Positions 20,518 through 23,082 of a stretch of DNA of 23,082 bases are shown one piece after another (the first letter of the stretch is position 1; every line of letters starts with the position of its first letter). The stretch spans positions 124,001-147,082 of the forward strand of contig MU006115.1 of assembly GCA_010093705.1 (NCBI GenBank), in the 5' to 3' direction. The translations under genes and the position numbers were made by a program. This DNA is from Patellaria atrata CBS 101060 (lineage: Eukaryota). The notes beneath the pieces are model-generated. The model saw nothing but the letters and a program-made list of their open reading frames with translations, had not been told where the DNA came from and did not search any database.

Positions 20518-22669
20518 ATGTCGTCTACAGACAAATACACGCTTCCCGGTAACCATGGCCATCATGGCTCAAACACCGGTCAGAAGGCTAAGAAGCCATG
20601 GCATACTCGTCTAGCATCATTGTCCACGAGGCAGCATACTGCGAGCGAAGAGACTCTAGACGATAAGCCTGGTAACAGGGTTACAGAGCATTCAACAATC
20701 AAGAGCGGCGATAGATGGTGGAAGATACGACTTTTCCAAGGAATTGTCAATGATCTGAAGAGACGAGGTCCGTACTACTGGAGTGATTGGAAAGATGCTT
20801 GGGATTATAGAGTGGTTCCTGCGACTGTTTATATGTATTTCGCAAAGTATGTGACCTTAAGACCACACCAGCCAGTCCATATAACATATAATGTACCATG
20901 AATATATGGATCACTTCACTCAACCTATTTCCTTCATCGGAAAAATCAATATTCTTTCCGATCGCTGATGGCTAGCACAGTATACTTCCTGCGCTTGCTT
21001 TCTCGTTAGACATGTTCGAGCAAACCGATATGAGCTTCGGCGTCAACGAGGTCTTGCTTGCATCCGTTCTTGGGGCAGTCGTCTTCGCTGTTGCAGCAGC
21101 TCAACCATTAGTTATCGTCGGTGTCACAGGTAAATTGTTCTACCTCACCAATGACAGAAATCATTCTGACATAAATAGGCCCTATTACGGTTTTCAATTA
21201 CACGGTTTACGATATTATTACGCCTCGCGGAACAAACTACTTTGCTTTCATGTGTTGGATTGGCTTGTATGTATTCATTGCTTCTCAGAATATCTTAATG
21301 ATTCTAATACTCTTTAGATGGTCCCTGGTGATGCATTGGATACTAGCTATAACAAATTCTTGCAACCTTCTCAAATATGTCACTCGGTTCTCCTGTGACA
21401 TCTTTGGGTTCTACGTAGCCTTCATCTACCTACAGAAAGGTATCCAGGTCTTAACTCGACAATGGGAAGACGGCGAAGCGTCGGCGTACTTATCCATCAC
21501 GGTGGCTCTCCTCGTACTCATGCTTGCATATGGTTGTGGTATTATAGGGACTAGTTACCTACTTCAGCATGTGGTGAGAAAGTTCATCGAGGACTACGGA
21601 ACTCCACTTACCATCATCTTCTTCACCGGTTTCGTGCACATTGGGAAAATGGAGAATGTCGAACTCTCAGTCCTCCCAACGACCAAAGCATTCTTTCCGA
21701 CAACGGATAGAGGTTGGTTCATCCACTTCTGGGACCTCGACGTGGCAGATATATTTCTCGCAATTCCTTTCGCTATTCTGCTTACTATCCTGTTTTGGTT
21801 TGACCATAATGGTATCTGATTACTTTCCCTCTATTCACTCACGGTGAAAAGCTCACAATTTTTCAGTCTCGGCTTTAATCGCCCAAGGCACCGAATTCCC
21901 CCTCCGTAAACCCGCCGGTTTTCACTGGGACATTTTCCTCCTTGGCCTAACTACGGGTGTAGCCGGGCTCCTCGGAATCCCGTTCCCCAACGGTCTGATC
22001 CCACAAGCCCCTTTCCACACGACATCTCTCTGCGTCACGCGCACTGTTACTGACTCCACCGGCGACGACGGGGCAAACAAAGGCCACACGACTCGCCGCG
22101 TCATCGACCATGTCGTGGAGCAACGCGTCTCGAATCTTGCTCAGGGCCTACTGACTTTGGGCACGATGACAGGTCCACTGTTGATCGTGCTGCATCTGAT
22201 CCCACAAGCCGTGCTCGCGGGCCTATTCTTCGTCATGGGGGTGCAAGCGCTCGAGGGTAACGGTATCACAACCAAGCTGTTCTATCTCCTCCGCGACGCC
22301 TCCCTTACTCCTCTGTCGGAGCCACTCAAGCGCATCGAGCGGCAGCGCATGATCTGGGTGTTTGTGGGACTTGAGTTAGTGGGCTTTGGGGCGACGTTTG
22401 CTATCACGCAGACGATTGCTGCTATCGGATTCCCGGTGTTTATTTTGCTGTTGATTCCGGTCCGTACGTGGTTGCTTCCGAAGTGGTTCACTAAGGCTGA
22501 ACTGGATGTGTTGGATGCACCAACTGCGAGTCCCTTTACTATGGAGAGTGTGGGAGGTATCCACGGGGAGGAGGTTGCGGCTGAAGGGGTGATGGATGTG
22601 GAGAAGGGAGAGAAGCCTGAGGTTGGGGTAGCGGGGAGGAGGGAGTCGGAAGCAGCTAGGTCAATATGA
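20518..22669 (+). CDS. BOR1: SLC4/HCO3- transporter family protein, Bor1-like borate efflux transporter, 620 aa
   Basis: Exons 20518-20846, 20981-21129, 21179-21266, 21318-21811 and 21867-22669 total 1863 nt in frame. Motifs include DLKRRGPYYWSDW, YFANILPALAF, QPLVIVGVTGP, VTRFSCDIFGF, FDHNVSALIAQ, LRKPAGFHWD, NGLIPQAPFHT and VEQRVSNLAQG. Confidence 0.93.
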
Positions 22670-22990
22670 CGAACAGATGTGTGAGGAAGCGATCAGGACA
22701 AGATGAAGAACAGATGCATGAGGAAGGTAAGGAAAGGACCGTAATACACCCTAGGGATGTAGGGAATTGGCTGGATTTAAGACGTTGAGATAGATAGATA
22801 TATTTCTGTACCTGAAGAGTTTAATACTGATAGTAGACTCATCCGTACTTGTAAGAACGCATTTCTCGTCTACTGCATGCTCCACCTTCACGATACTTCC
22901 GTTATGACTTGTAATACGGTAAGTATAGTACAGTAGCAGAAGTGGTGAGAAGTAGAGGTAGCTGTAACCGTAACACCTCAAGGACCTATT

Positions 22991-23082
22991 TAAATAAATA
23001 AATAAATACATACTTACATACATATACATACATACATATACATACATACATATACATACATACATATACATACATACATATA
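22991..23082. repeat. Compound simple repeat: (TAAA)4 grading into (TACA)n with a 14-bp period (CATATACATACATA x ~4.4)
   Basis: Read directly. The 14-mer copies start at 23021, 23035, 23049 and 23063, with a partial copy at 23077. The repeat runs to the end of the window. Confidence 0.95.

Noticed and set aside
3232..22669. A membrane-trafficking theme (YKT6, DUF4097-like protein, EFR3, BOR1) as a functional gene cluster
   Set aside because: These are unrelated housekeeping genes with no shared pathway or cluster regulator, so ordinary synteny is a sufficient explanation.
22850..23018. Possible solo LTR (TGTAAG...CTTACA, or a CGTAACA end at ~22975)
   Set aside because: There is no matching 4-5-bp TSD, no second copy and no gag/pol sequence.
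1..23082. tRNA, rRNA, CRISPR array, transposase or Starship-type tyrosine recombinase
   Set aside because: I recognised none by eye. Small ncRNAs cannot be excluded without a covariance-model search.

Overview
Eukaryotic, intron-containing DNA from a filamentous ascomycete (Pezizomycotina). The introns are short (46-140 nt), GT-AG, with CTRAY-like branch points. I reconstructed seven apparently intact spliced genes by hand: (1) the 5' part of an Slh1/Mug81/ASCC3-type Ski2-like helicase (-, runs off the left edge); (2) the R-SNARE YKT6 (+), head-to-head with the helicase; (3) a 521-aa unknown protein (-) with a HeLo/SesA-like N-terminal helix and a C-terminal Cys/His domain; (4) a 639-aa S/P-rich disordered unknown protein (-); (5) a 606-aa type II membrane protein with a DUF4097-like repeat domain (+); (6) EFR3 (+); (7) a BOR1/SLC4 borate-bicarbonate transporter (+). 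A heavily disrupted HET-6-like heterokaryon-incompatibility pseudogene (+) lies at 7763-9516, and the window ends in a TAAA/TACA simple repeat. I cannot demonstrate a novel system. The best leads are the head-to-head pairing of the HeLo-like gene with the HET pseudogene, a strongly intergenic-enriched palindromic TAC-W-GTA / TAC-RGA-GTA motif, uORFs upstream of the borate exporter, and vacuolar-sorting and Rsp5-binding motifs in the DUF4097-like protein. All family assignments come from motif recognition by eye, with no database searches.
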